A stretch of 64,000 nt of DNA from the human T2T-CHM13v2.0 reference genome, Homo sapiens: assembly GCF_009914755.1 (NCBI RefSeq), contig NC_060926.1, one strand, 5' to 3'. The position numbers and the translations under genes were made by a program. A model generated the notes under the pieces. That model did not search any database and had not been told where the DNA came from. It was given only the letters and a program-made list of their open reading frames with translations. Shown here piece after piece: positions 1-17,285 of this stretch. The first letter of the stretch is position 1; each line of letters opens with the position of its first letter.

Positions 1-2773
<2,773 letters not shown>

Positions 2774-2836
2774 TATGATGTTAGCTGGTTATTTTGCTCG
2801 TTAGTTGATGCAGTTTTTTCCTAGCATTGATGGTCC

Positions 2837-3859
2837 TTACAACTTGGCATGTTTTTGCAGTGGTTGGTACCGGTTGTTCCTTTCCATGTTTAGTGCTTCC
2901 TTCAGTAGCTCTTTTAGGGCAGGCCTGGTGGTGACAAAATCTGTCAGCATTTGCTTGTCTGTAAAGGATTTTATTTCTCCCTCACTTATGAAGCTTAGTT
3001 TGGCTGGATATGAAATTCTGGGTTGAACATTCTTTTCTTTAAGAATGTTGAATTTTGGCCCCCACTCTGTTCTGGCTTGTAGAGTTTCTGCTGAGAGATC
3101 CGCTGTCAGTCTGATGGGCTTCCCTTTGTGGGTAACCCGACCTTTCTCTCTGGCTGCCCTTAACATTTTTTCCATCATTTCAACTTTGGTGAGTCTGAAA
3201 ATTATGTGTCTTGGAGTTGCTCTTCTCAAGGAGTATCTTTGTGGCATTCTCTGTATTTCCTGAATCTGAATGTTGGCCTGCCTTGCTAGATTGCAGAAGT
3301 TCTCCTGAATAATATCCTGAAGAGTGTTTTCCAAGTTGGTTCCATTCTCCCTGTCACTTTCAGGTACACAAATCAGATGTAGATTTGGTCTTTTCACATA
3401 GTCCCATATTTCTTGGAGGCTTTGTTCATTTCTTTTTACTCTTTTTTCTCTAAACTTCTCTTCTCGCTTCATTTCATTCATTTGATCTTCAGTCACTGAT
3501 ACCCTTTCTTCCAGTTGATCAAATCGGCTACTGAAGCTTGTGCATGCGTCACGTAGTTCTTGTGCCATGGTTTTCAGCTCCATCAGGTCATTTATGGTCT
3601 TCTCCATGCTGTTTATTCTAGTTCGCCATTCATCCAATCTTTTTTCAAGGTTTTTAGCTTCTTTACAAAGGGTTCGAACATCCTCCTTTAACTCAGAGAA
3701 GTTTGTTATTACTGATCTTCTGAAGTCTTCTCTCAACTCGTCAAAGTCATTCTCCATCCGGCTTTGTTCCGTTGCTGGTGAGGTGCTGTGTTCCTTTGGA
3801 GGAGAAGAGGTGCTCTCATTTTTAGAATTTTCAGCTTTTGTGCTCTGAATTCTCCCCAT
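2837..3859 (-). CDS. L1 ORF1p, uninterrupted 340 aa
   Basis: Full-length open frame with coiled coil, REKG and YPAKLS motifs; the conserved ARREW reads ARTEW. Confidence 0.85.
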   Translation of the reverse strand: MGRIQSTKAENSKNESTSSPPKEHSTSPATEQSRMENDFDELREDFRRSVITNFSELKEDVRTLCKEAKNLEKRLDEWRTRINSMEKTINDLMELKTMAQELRDACTSFSSRFDQLEERVSVTEDQMNEMKREEKFREKRVKRNEQSLQEIWDYVKRPNLHLICVPESDRENGTNLENTLQDIIQENFCNLARQANIQIQEIQRMPQRYSLRRATPRHIIFRLTKVEMMEKMLRAAREKGRVTHKGKPIRLTADLSAETLQARTEWGPKFNILKEKNVQPRISYPAKLSFISEGEIKSFTDKQMLTDFVTTRPALKELLKEALNMERNNRYQPLQKHAKL

Positions 3860-4434
3860 CCTTGTGGTTTTATCTACCTTTGGTTTTTGATGATGGTGAT
3901 GTACAGATGGGGTTTTGGTGTGGTTGTCCTTTCTGTTTGTTAGTTTTCCTTCCGACAGTCAGGACCCTCAGCTGCAGGTGTGTTGGAGTTTGCTGGAGGT
4001 CCACTCCAGACCCTGTTTGCCTGGGTATCACCAGCAGAGGCTGCAGAACCACAAATATTGTGGAACGGCAAATGTTTCTGCCTGATCCTTCCTCTGGAAG
4101 CTTCGTCTCGGAGGGGCACCCGGCCATATGAGGTGTCCATCCACCCCTACTGGGCGTTGCCACCCAGTTAGGCTACTCGGAGGTCTGGGACCCACTTGAG
4201 GAGGCAGTCTGTCCGTTCTTAGATCTCGAACTCCATACTGGGAGAAGCACTACGCTCTTCAAAGCTGTCAGACAGGGATGTTTAAGTCTGCAGAAGTTTC
4301 TGCTGCCTTTTGTTCAGCTATGCCCTGCCCCCAGAGGTGGAGTCTACAGACGCAGGCAAGCCTACTTGAACTGCAGAGGGCTCCTCCCAGTTCGAGCTTC
4401 CCTGCCACTTTGTTTACCTACTCAAGCCTCAGCA

Positions 4435-4668
4435 ATGGCAGGTGCCTCTCCCCCACCCTCACTGCCGCCTTGCAGTTCAATCTCAGACTGCTGTGCTAGC
4501 AGTGAGCCAGGCACAGGATCTAATCTCCTGGTGTGCCATTTGCTAAGACCATTGAAAAAGTGCAGTATTAGGGTGGAAGTGACCCGATTTTCCAGGTGCC
4601 ATCTGTCACGGCTTCCCTTGGCTAGGAAAGGGAATTCCCTGACCCCTTGCACTTCCCGGGTGAGGTGA
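4435..4668 (+). CDS. L1 antisense ORF0 homologue (77 aa)
   Basis: gcaATGg start; MAGASPPPSLPPCSSISDCCAS-SEPGTGSNLLVCHLLRPLKKCSIRVEVTRFSRC... resembles primate L1 ORF0p with a 10-codon in-frame gap. Expression unknown. Confidence 0.55.
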   Translation: MAGASPPPSLPPCSSISDCCASSEPGTGSNLLVCHLLRPLKKCSIRVEVTRFSRCHLSRLPLARKGNSLTPCTSRVR

Positions 4669-5475
4669 TGCCTCGCCCTGCTTCAGCTCACACTCCGTGG
4701 GCTGCACCCACTATCCAACAAGCCCCAGTGAAATGAACCCGGTACCTCAGTTGGAAATGCAGAAATCACCCATCTTCTGCATCGCTCACACTGGAAGCTG
4801 TAGACTGGAGCTGTTCCTATTCGGCTGTCTTGTAACCTCCCCGACTTGTGGCTTTTTCAATTATCCATTTCTCTTTTCAGAAGTGTGGAAGCACCACCAA
4901 GTAAGATCCCAGCATTTTCAAAAGATTTAGGACAGAAAATGGAAACATGATCAATAAAGGTTAGTTTCCAATGCTGAATCTAGCAATCAGGGGCTTAGGA
5001 AATTAATTTACATATTGAAGAGATATGATCTTCTGTTCATGCTGATAATGCAGGTTTTACTGGTTAAGCTCAGAATAGGTAAAAATAAAAAGTATTTGCT
5101 GGCCTGAAGAAAGAAGTCTGTGGGAAAGTAAAGATGTAAGAAGTGGGAAAGACATGCATTCATTTCAGTTAGAAATACCAGCAAAGAGAAAAAGGAGATA
5201 GAAATCATTGGAGGCAAGGGAATTGAGGGAACTCCTTCTAGATGGCTTCCACTTCAGCAGACTAGGAGTCATGGTTACATGCAGAAAATGATGTTGAAAA
5301 GCATGGAAATTTCATACATTCATGTTGGAAAATCTAAGAGGAGGTTATTAGGAGGTAGCTTTCTTCTTAAGACACTTTTAATATTTTTGACATTTTTTAT
5401 CATTTTGCTTATACTCCATCCCGATTACAGTTCACCAACACCAGAGCTAACAGAGAAATTATAAACTTCCAGGGT

Positions 5476-5682
5476 AGTGTTTCTCAAAACATGGTTCCTA
5501 GCTATTAATGCAAGAATCTTTTAGGGAACTTGTTTATACAAAGACTTCTGAAACCCACCCAGGCCTATTCAACAGAATCTCTGGGGCCCAATGCCTGAGA
5601 ATCTGCACCTTTACGAGTTGCTCAGGTGATTCTGAAGCAGCAAGCCAGCATTTGACGGGAGGCTGCTGTTTTAGAACCACTA
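5476..5682. mobile_element. MER5-type hAT-Charlie MITE
   Basis: Terminal inverted repeats tagtgtttctcaaa / tttagaaccacta; internal cagaatctctgggg...aatctgcac...caggtgattctga. Confidence 0.75.
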
Positions 5683-5996
5683 GATTAGCTCATGTCTCAT
5701 CCAGGTAGTCTCATGCATGACTATTCACCCACATCCTGTTTTTAATCAGTGGTTCTGTCTGTAGTTTTGAAACTCAGAATAAAATGTCACATATTGTGGT
5801 GAGGAAATAACAACCATGTCTTCAAATACAGCTGGTTGGGATCAGATCCCTACTCATTATCATTTTCTATGTTTTTCCTATTTTTAGTTTATACTTTTAA
5901 AATTTACTTACATCATTTATTGATAACCAAAAATGGTAGAGTTATTATAATTAAGCAATTTTTATAATAATAAATAGCATTGTCTAGCAAGCTCAT

Positions 5997-7135
5997 TTCT
6001 TTTTTTTATTATTATACTTTAAGTTTTAGGGTACATGTGCACAACATGCAGGTTTGTTACATATGTATACATGTGCCATGTTGGTGTGCTGCACCCATTA
6101 ACTTGTCATTTAACATTAGGTATATCTCCTAATGCTATCCCTCCCCCCTCCCCCCACCCCACAACAGGCCCCAGTGTGTGATGTTCCCCTTCCTGTGTCC
6201 ATGTGTTCTCATTGTTCAATTCCCACCTATGAGTGAGAACATGAGGTGTTTGGTTTTTTGTCCTTGCAATAGTTTGCTGAGAATGATGGTTTCCAGCTTC
6301 ATCCATGTCCCTACAAAGGACATGAACTCATCATTTTTTAAGGCTGCATAGTATTCCATGGTGTATATGTGCCACATTTTCTTAATCCAGTCTATCATTG
6401 CTGGACATTTGGGTTTGTTCCAAGTCTTTGCTATTGTGAATAGTGCCACAATAAACATACGTGTGCATATGTCTTTATAGCAGCATGATTTATAATCCTT
6501 TGGGTATATACCCAGTAATGGGATTGCTGGGTCAAATGGTATTTCTAGTTCTAGATACTTGAGGAATCACCACACTGACTTCCACAATAGCTGAACTAGT
6601 TTACAGTCCCACCAACAGTGTAAAAGTGTTTCTAGTGTAAAAGAGGATTGCTTCACATCCTCTCCAGCACCTGTTGTTCCCTGACTTTTTAATGATCACC
6701 ATTCTAACTGGTGTGAGATGGTATCTCATTGTGGTTTTGATTTGCATTTCTCTGATGGCCAGTGATGATGAGCATTTTTTCATGTGTCTGTTGGCTGCAT
6801 AAATGTCTTCTTTTGAGAAGTGTCTGTTCATATCCTTCACCCACTTGTTGATGGGGTTGTTTGTTTTTTTTCTTGTAAATTTGTTTGAGTTCTTTGCAGA
6901 TTCTGGATATTAGCCCTTTGTCAGATGAGTAGATGATTGCAAAAATTTTCTCCCATGCCTGTTCTCTCTGATGGTAGTTTGTTTTGATGTGCAGAAGCTC
7001 TTTAGTTTAATTAGATCCCATTTGTCAATTTTGGCTTTTGTTGCCATTGCTTTTGGTGTTTTAGACATGAAGTCCTTGACCATGCCTATGTCCTGAATGG
7101 TAATGTCTAGGTTTTCTTCTAGGGTTTTTATGGTT
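5997..7135 (-). mobile_element. 5'-truncated L1PA (about PA4-PA5) 3' end
   Basis: Poly(T), then ttatactttaagttttagggtacatgtgcac 3'UTR; ORF2 C-terminal peptides ([23 protein letters not shown]). Confidence 0.93.
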
Positions 7136-7149
7136 CTCTCTCTCTTTTT

Positions 7150-9007
<1,858 letters not shown>

Positions 9008-9174
9008 CAAGTCGGCCAATGTTTTTAAAATAAAATTTTGTTTACATTTTATGTTAAATTTTACATAAAATTTAAAAAAGTATTTAAATTTTCTCAATTA
9101 ATTCAAATACTTTATTATTCCACTGTGGTTTTTATTTATTCGTTTTACTCTTTTTAGTTAATTAAAATGTGCTT

Positions 9175-12100
9175 ATTTTTTAGTAAACTTTATTTTTTAG
9201 AACAATTTTATATTTACAGAAAAATTGTGAAGATAGCACAGGGTTCCCAATATTAGATGTGAATAGGGGAGACTGAGCGCAAAAATACTTTGTACCCAGT
9301 TTCCTATTATTCACATCTAATGTGATTATGGTATATTTGTTACAAGTACTGAACCAATATTGGCACATTATTAACTAAAGTTTAAACTTTATTCAGAATT
9401 CCTTTTTACCTAGTGTCCTTTTCTGCTCCAGGTTGTTCTCCAGGATACCATGTTCTATTTAGTCATCATGTCTCCTTAGGCTTTTCTTGGCTATGACAGA
9501 TTCTCTCACTCTACTCATTTTTAATGATCTTGACAGTTTTGGGAAGTGCTGGCGGATATTTTATAGAGTATCTCTTAATTGGAATTTGTTTGGTGTTTTT
9601 CTCATGATTAGACTGAAGCTATGGGTACTGGGCAAGAGGACCACTGAGACAAAGTGTCATTCTCACTATATAATATCAAGGACACATATTAGCAACATAA
9701 ACCTATGGCAATTGATGTTGATCTCGATCACCTGGCTGGAGTAGTGTTTGTCAGGTTTCACTACTGTTAAATTACTTTTCCCCTTTTTCCATACCATACC
9801 CTTTGGAAAAAGGTCATCATATTCAGCCCACACTTAAGGAATGAGGAGTTCTGCTCCTCTTCCTTGAGGGTGGAGTATCTACATAAGTAACGGGAAATTT
9901 TTCCATACAGGAGGTTTGTCTCTTCACTCCATTTATTATTTACTCAGTCATTTATTTATATCGCTATGGACACATGAATGTATACTTATTTTATATTTTG
10001 GGTTATAATTTAATACTGTTTTATTTGTTGCTCCAAGTGTTTCATCTTTGGCCATTAGGAGCCCTTCTGATTGACTTCTATTTCCCTTTGACATATCTCA
10101 ATCTTTATAAGGTTTTTTAAAAATATTTTATTACTTTCTGACATTACAAGATGCTGCAGGCCCTTCTTGTTCATTCCCTGCCCCAGACCTAGAATAAGCC
10201 ATTTCTCCACGTAACTCTGGTTTATTTTATTGGGGAATGGTATTAGAAGCCAAGATCTTGGTGCTATGTGTGTTCATTGCTGCTAAAGTGTCATTACTTC
10301 CTTGACCTCTCAGCTGACAGAGCAAGGAAATAAGTGTGTATAAACTAATTCATGCATACACAGATATCTATAAATATTTATGTATGTAATCATCCATACT
10401 TTTATTAAGCTAATATTGAGTGCATACGGATGTCTAATCTAGCATTCTCCCTTACTTATCTGTGAACTTTGAATCCAACAGTAAGAAATCTGACTCCCAT
10501 TATCAGCCATAAGAATTTATTAACTCTTCAATTGCAGTATACATATGTAGCACTGTCAGAGTTATTAATTGTATTCATGTGGAAAGCAAGTTTTTCTGTT
10601 AAGTTTTTCTGTTAGAGCAGAATGTTTTTGTGTGTTTTATTTTGTCTTTCATTTTATAAACTCCAATCATTTCCAGAGCTACTTAGCTCAGCATCTTTTT
10701 TTTCCACGCTCTTAAGTTGTTTTATACATTTTTGATACAGTTAGATTGTTTTTGTCACATTCTTCATTCTATCCTGGGATCCCCCAACCACCTAAGTGGA
10801 TTTTTTGATAATTTGCATGCTTTAAGGATAACTCTTCATTCTGTAAAGTGCTATGGGTTTTGGCAAATGCAGAGTCATGTATCCAAGATTACAATATCGC
10901 ACAGAAGAGTTTCATCACTATATAAAACTCACCAGTCTTCCTCCTATTCAACCATCTCCATGCCTTCTTCCCAGCCCTAACTCCTTAAAACCACTCATAT
11001 CTTTACTATTGCTATAGTATTGCCTCTTCCACCATGTCATATAAATGGAAACATACAGTATTAGTCTTCTCAAACTAGTTTCTTTTACCTAACAACATGC
11101 ATTTAAGATTCATAGTGTCTTTTAATGACTTGATAGATTATTTCTTTGTAGCTGAATAATATTGCATCTTATAGATGTAACCGTTTGTATATCCATATTT
11201 TCTCACAGCCTATGACTTGTCTTTTGATTCTCTGAACAGTGCCATTCACAAAGCAGAAGTTTTAATTTTTATAAAGTCTAATGTATCAACTTTTTCTTTC
11301 ATAAATCATCCTTTTGATGTATCCAAAAACTCATTACGACACCAAAGGAAATCTAGAATTTCTCCTATGCTATCTTATAGAAGTATTATAGTTTTGTGTT
11401 TTATACCTATGTCTATGATCCATTTTGAGTCAATTTTTGTGAAACATATAAGAGCTTGCATATTGGACAGAACCATTTGTTGAAAACACTATCCTTTCTA
11501 CATTTAATTGACTTTACTTCTGTGTCAAAGATAATTACTATATTTGTGTGTGTCTATTTCTAGGCACTCTGTTCTGTTCCACTGATTTATCTGTCTATTC
11601 TTTTGCCAATACCATGCTGTAATGATGACTATATTTTATATTAAGTCTTTAAAAGGATATTGTAATTCCTCCAACTTTGTTGTTCTTCAGTATTTTCTTG
11701 GCCATTATATGTCTTTTGCCGTTCCGTATAAACTTTAGAATTAATTTGTTGATGTCTACAAAATAGCTTGCTAGAATTTTGATTGAGATTACACTGAATC
11801 TACAGATTAAGTTGGGAAGAACTGAATTGTAAAACTATGGAGTCTTCCAATCCATGAACACTGACTCTCTATTTAGGGTTATAGTTTACCATATTGAGAT
11901 CCTGTAATGTTTTGTTAGATTTATATCTAAGTATTTTATTTTTGTATGCTGTCAACATATTGTTTTTCCTTTTTCAAATTCCAGTTGTTCATTGTTGATA
12001 TGTAAGAAAGCAATTGACTATTGTATGTTAACCTTGTATCCCATGACCTTGCTATACTCACTTAGTAGTGCCAGGATTTTTTGTTGCACTGTTGATTCTT

Positions 12101-12375
12101 TGAGACTTTTCACATAAACAACATATCATCATAAAGAGTTTCTTTTCTTCCTTCCTAATTTGTGTATCTTTTATTGCTTTTCCTTGCCTTATTGCACTAG
12201 CGAAGATTTTTCATACAATGTAGAAAGGAGAAGTGAGAGAAAATGTATTTGCTTTGTAACTGATCTTAAGGAAAGTGTCCAGTTTGCCACCATTATAATA
12301 TTAGCTGTAGGCTTTTTGTAGATGTTCTTTATCAAGCTGAGGAAGTTATCTTTTATTTCTAAGATATACATTTTT
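9175..12375 (-). mobile_element. Old L1M (L1MC/L1MD-like) 3'UTR and ORF2 remnant
   Basis: aaactttattttttagaacaattt..atttacagaaaaattg 3' end; ORF2-like peptide LSLIKNIYKKPTANII near 12300. Confidence 0.8.
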
Positions 12376-12887
12376 TATTCTTTCAAACTTCTTTTTTTCC
12401 CTCAAGTTCTGATAATTTTGTGATATCGTCTAACTTTTGCTCATGGCTGATCATTTCCTTTTGTGCTTTGTAGTTTTGATAAGTGTTTTGTTTACTTTTC
12501 TGTGTAAAAGTTCCTACTATCATCTGCTTATGAAGATGCGCCTGCCTAGAAGTGGCAAACTTCAGTATGCCAATCACTATTCACTTAAATGCATTCAGAT
12601 TCAAGTAAAATTTGAAAGCAAGTAACTAGTTCATTCTTTCTTATTCTTTTTAAATCTTCTTTTATCACTTCACGCACCAAGGAGACAAAGTCAGGAGGCC
12701 AGAAAGTTTCTTAATCAACTTTTTGGCTAGTTATGCAATCTTGACCAGGTTATTTCATTCCAAAATTCACTAATGCTTCCATTTCTTTATGTGGAAATTA
12801 TTATGACAGTCACTAATTTTTACTCAAGGAGATTTAGAGACAGCTCAATACCCTTATATTATCAAGTCTGTGAACTCCTTGAATGGT

Positions 12888-13760
<873 letters not shown>

Positions 13761-13945
13761 GCAAAGTCTCAATTAAGTAAGTAGTGTCTTTTAAGGTCCT
13801 CAAAGAAGTAAATGTTGAGAATCACCCAGGTTTTTTAAAAAGTCTGCTTTTAAGACAATTATTTCTTTATGGTAGAGAGAAATGTAGGGAGAGAGAGAGA
13901 GACAGAGAAAGAGAGAGAAAGTCCTGACACTGAAAAATAGCATTC

Positions 13946-13951
13946 TTTATT
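13946..13951 (-). terminator. Candidate distal polyadenylation signal
   Basis: AAUAAA, a CA 14 nt downstream, then GUGU and a UC-rich tract (13886-13920). Confidence 0.4.
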
Positions 13952-15264
13952 TCATAAAGGCATCAAATTTTGATTTTGTAGCCCATAGGTATGTAAGGAA
14001 ATGGATATAAAATAACAATACTTTTATGATCTGAGGGGCTCAATATAGTTATGTATTACTTACTATTTTTAGTATGTATACATTCAAAAATGTCTGTACT
14101 TTGGTGATCAAGACACACATACTATTTCCAAGTTTGATCTATTCAGCGCAAACTGGGATTTTAAATGCTATCTGTATCTTAAGATATAAAATTATTACAA
14201 GGTAGAAAGTCATAAATAAAAGTTCACTTCCAAAAATATATTACTAATCTGTTTGTCATGGTTGTGTTCTTCAGCCACATGATAAAGTAATTCCCAATCT
14301 ACTTGATTCAAATTTGGTTTATCAAATGCCCTTCTAGAAAAATGCATTTTCATAACAGGTTGTCAATTAATGGAATTCACCAGTAATACATATTTGAGAA
14401 CTTTCAAGTTAAAAAAACACTTTTCAATTTTTTTCCTAGTAAATTATATCAGAATGAATCACTATGCACCAGAAGTTTCTTCTAAAGCCTGACTGAAGTC
14501 ATAAATTAGTCTGAAAGTTATACTGTGAGAAATTTACCCACATTTCTACTAAACAAAAGCTAATTTTCTTACAGCTTGTGAAATATAGAACATGACATAC
14601 CCTTCCTTCCTGTACTTTGGTTAACCAGTACTTTTTTCTTTATTCTCAGAACATACCTCGACTCTAATTCTTACCGCAAACTAAAGTGATGCTTGCTCCG
14701 TCCCTTCCCTGCCCCTTTTTTGCATTTGAGGTCTACTGTCATACAGCAGTGTTACACTTCTGTATTAAAGTCACAAGAAAAGCAAATGATCTATGGTCTG
14801 CTTTCCCGTATGACCTATGTCATTCTGTGTAGTTCTCAAAGCATTTTTTCACCTTGTAGAAGATTTCAAAGTCATCTTTCCTCAAATAAATGTGGTGTTT
14901 CCTTCCCCTGGACTTTGTGAAATAGGATAACAAGAAATGCTGAATTCATATAAGTAGACCTTTAACAGGATGATTCTAGACTATGATGAGAAATAAGCAA
15001 TACCAGTTGAATCATAACTGGTTTGCAAGCTCTTGTTGAAAATAAATGCACTGCTAATCATGTAGTTATTAAAGAACCTATGTCTGAAACTTGTGTATGA
15101 GGAACAGAGAAATGTTTGTTTTCCTATTTACCCAAAGAAATGCTCTTATCTGTGCAGCATCTATAATTGTACATTTTAAGTATTCCTGTTGGGTGGAATA
15201 AAAAGTACTGTGATGATCACTAAACAGAACCAAAAGAGTAAAAGATATCTGGAATAGACTAGAG

Positions 15265-15445
15265 CAAGGAAGAACTGGCTTCCAATTTTAGCCCTGCCAC
15301 TGACTAGCCTTGTGACCCTGAGAACATTTCCAAATTCCTGACTTGTTATCTGTATGCCTAACACCTACTATATAGTAATTGTGAGGATCATACGTAAAGT
15401 GTCTTTAGCCAACTAGGTACTCAGTAAATGGTAGACAGTATTGCT
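15265..15445 (+). mobile_element. MIR
   Basis: ccctgccactgactagccttgtgaccctg...ttgtgaggat...cgtaaagtg..tag...ggtactcagtaaatggtag. Confidence 0.7.
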
Positions 15446-15703
15446 ATCATTTCTGTGAAAGGTGTGACACCCTGCCTTTCATATGAGTGACTGTCATGCA
15501 CAGGCCACTGGATGTTTCTCAGTTCAAAGAGTTAATAGAAGGCAAGTCCCAACTAGAAATCTTTTCATACTTTATCATTTCTTTCTCGTCTTAGATGCTT
15601 CCTTACCCTACCCTCTTTTATCTCAAAATAACTCATTTCTTAAGCAGAAGTTTAATTAAATTTAGCAGCTCTACTTAAATTGAAGTGTTTCTATTTCTCC
15701 CAA

Positions 15704-15717
15704 ACACACACACACAC

Positions 15718-15758
<41 letters not shown>
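15704..15758. repeat. Compound microsatellite (AC)n(AG)18
   Basis: Read directly. Confidence 0.95.
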
Positions 15759-15759
<1 letters not shown>

Positions 15760-15760
<1 letters not shown>

Positions 15761-16818
15761 TTAAAATCAGCAGACTATTTATTACATAGTCCAGATTGTC
15801 TACTCTAGAATATAGGTTATGAATAGCTGTGCCACCAGAACAGAGAATTCATAGACTTCAATGGATATTAAATAAAACATGGAGTAATTGAAAGGCTAGA
15901 AGTAATGTGATACTAACATAACCAATAGGCAAAAGACTGCTGAGGTGATAGCTATTTAGAATATAAGATATAAAGTGAGAAGTAATATGAAAAAAACTAC
16001 AGGAGGGAAGTCCTTTTCCCAACCCTCAGTTTTGGATGTTAGACATTTGTAGAAAAAAAATTACAAAGCTGTAGGATTCGGAGAGTTCTAGACTTGCCAT
16101 TAATGTTCAGGCAGAACAAAAGCTGAATTGGGCAAAAAACATGACATCCCCACCCATTTTGTTTAGACTGTCTATAAAAATGACTTTATTATGATCTTTG
16201 CAGCACCCATCTCAGACCACATCTTTCCATGGTTCTCATGAACCTTAACCCCTCCTATTAAATCTTATACTTCCCGCTTTATTGTCACTATAGATGTGAG
16301 AAACAGCTGATGGTCATCTTTGTTTACAAGCCATTACAGGTTTGAACAAATTCAAAATTGCCTATTATTAAGCCTCCGCAGGAGCTACTGGGCATAAGCA
16401 AACCTAAGATTTTATAACCCAGCAATTATCCTATAGAAAATAGTCCAGATTATTATATTCTGCCACACCTTTATTCATACTTGACTCCAAAAAGTTCTCA
16501 ATTATTCACAGGGATAATCTAGAAAATAAATATTAGTTTTGCTTTCAAAGACATTACTGGAATGAGCAGGAACCTGCATCTTTGTTATATTAATTAACTT
16601 ATTATTTAGTTTTCCTGTCTGCTTAGAAATTGGCTGTTTAGGTTGAAAAATGATTTAAGAAGCATAAACTATAACACAACAATTTAAATAAAGGTCACTA
16701 TTGCTGTGAAATGGGATGTCAGTTTTGCAATTCTTCTGCACTTTCCCACCAAGCTGGGATCTGGGTGAGTCTAGAGATATTTGTGAAATAAGCTAATTTG
16801 AAAGGACACCACAATCCG
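15760..16818 (-). other. CYTIP: CYTIP 3'UTR (~1.06 kb to main predicted poly(A) site)
   Basis: AU-rich, repeat-free sequence after TGA; AATAAA (plus-strand tttatt) at 16470-16475, 16278-16283, 16185-16190 and 15778-15783. Confidence 0.75.
15778..15786 (-). terminator. Polyadenylation signal UGUAAUAAA
   Basis: UGUA overlapping AAUAAA, followed ~20 nt later by a (UC)n(UG)n tract. Confidence 0.7.
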
Positions 16819-17285
16819 TCAAAAGCGACTTTCTTCCTCTTCCACAGCACGATGAAGGCCAGGGATAAATTTCAAGAGTTGCTTTCGGACACTTCCCTTT
16901 CTGCTCTTCCGGGGCAGGGTCCCAAACATGCTTGATAAGTTGCCCTCCCACAAGGGAGACATGGATCCGCTGCTGGTGTTACTGATGCTCCGGTTCCTCC
17001 TTGAAGATGACCTCCTCAGAAAATCATCCCCCTCCTTGGGGATAAAGCACTCATCATCTGTACTCGTCTGCCGACTGAAGGCACCCCTGCTGGAGTCCTC
17101 AGACACACACGTCTGGTAGCCATCTTCACTGTCCATCGTCATGGAGCTCAGCCAGCTCTTACAGCTGCTCTCACTGGATAATCGATTCCGGTCCACAAGG
17201 GCTGGGCCTGGCCCAGGCAGGGGTCCAAACAAAGACAATTCATCCAAGTCCATGTTTTCCAAACTGGGGCAATTAGCTGCATCAC
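16819..17285 (-). CDS. CYTIP: CYTIP exon 8, coding part (467 nt incl. TGA)
   Basis: Acceptor ctctag|GT; [22 protein letters not shown]...[22 protein letters not shown]; matches ORF 16819..17262; ends in class I PDZ-binding motif S-R-F. Confidence 0.97.
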
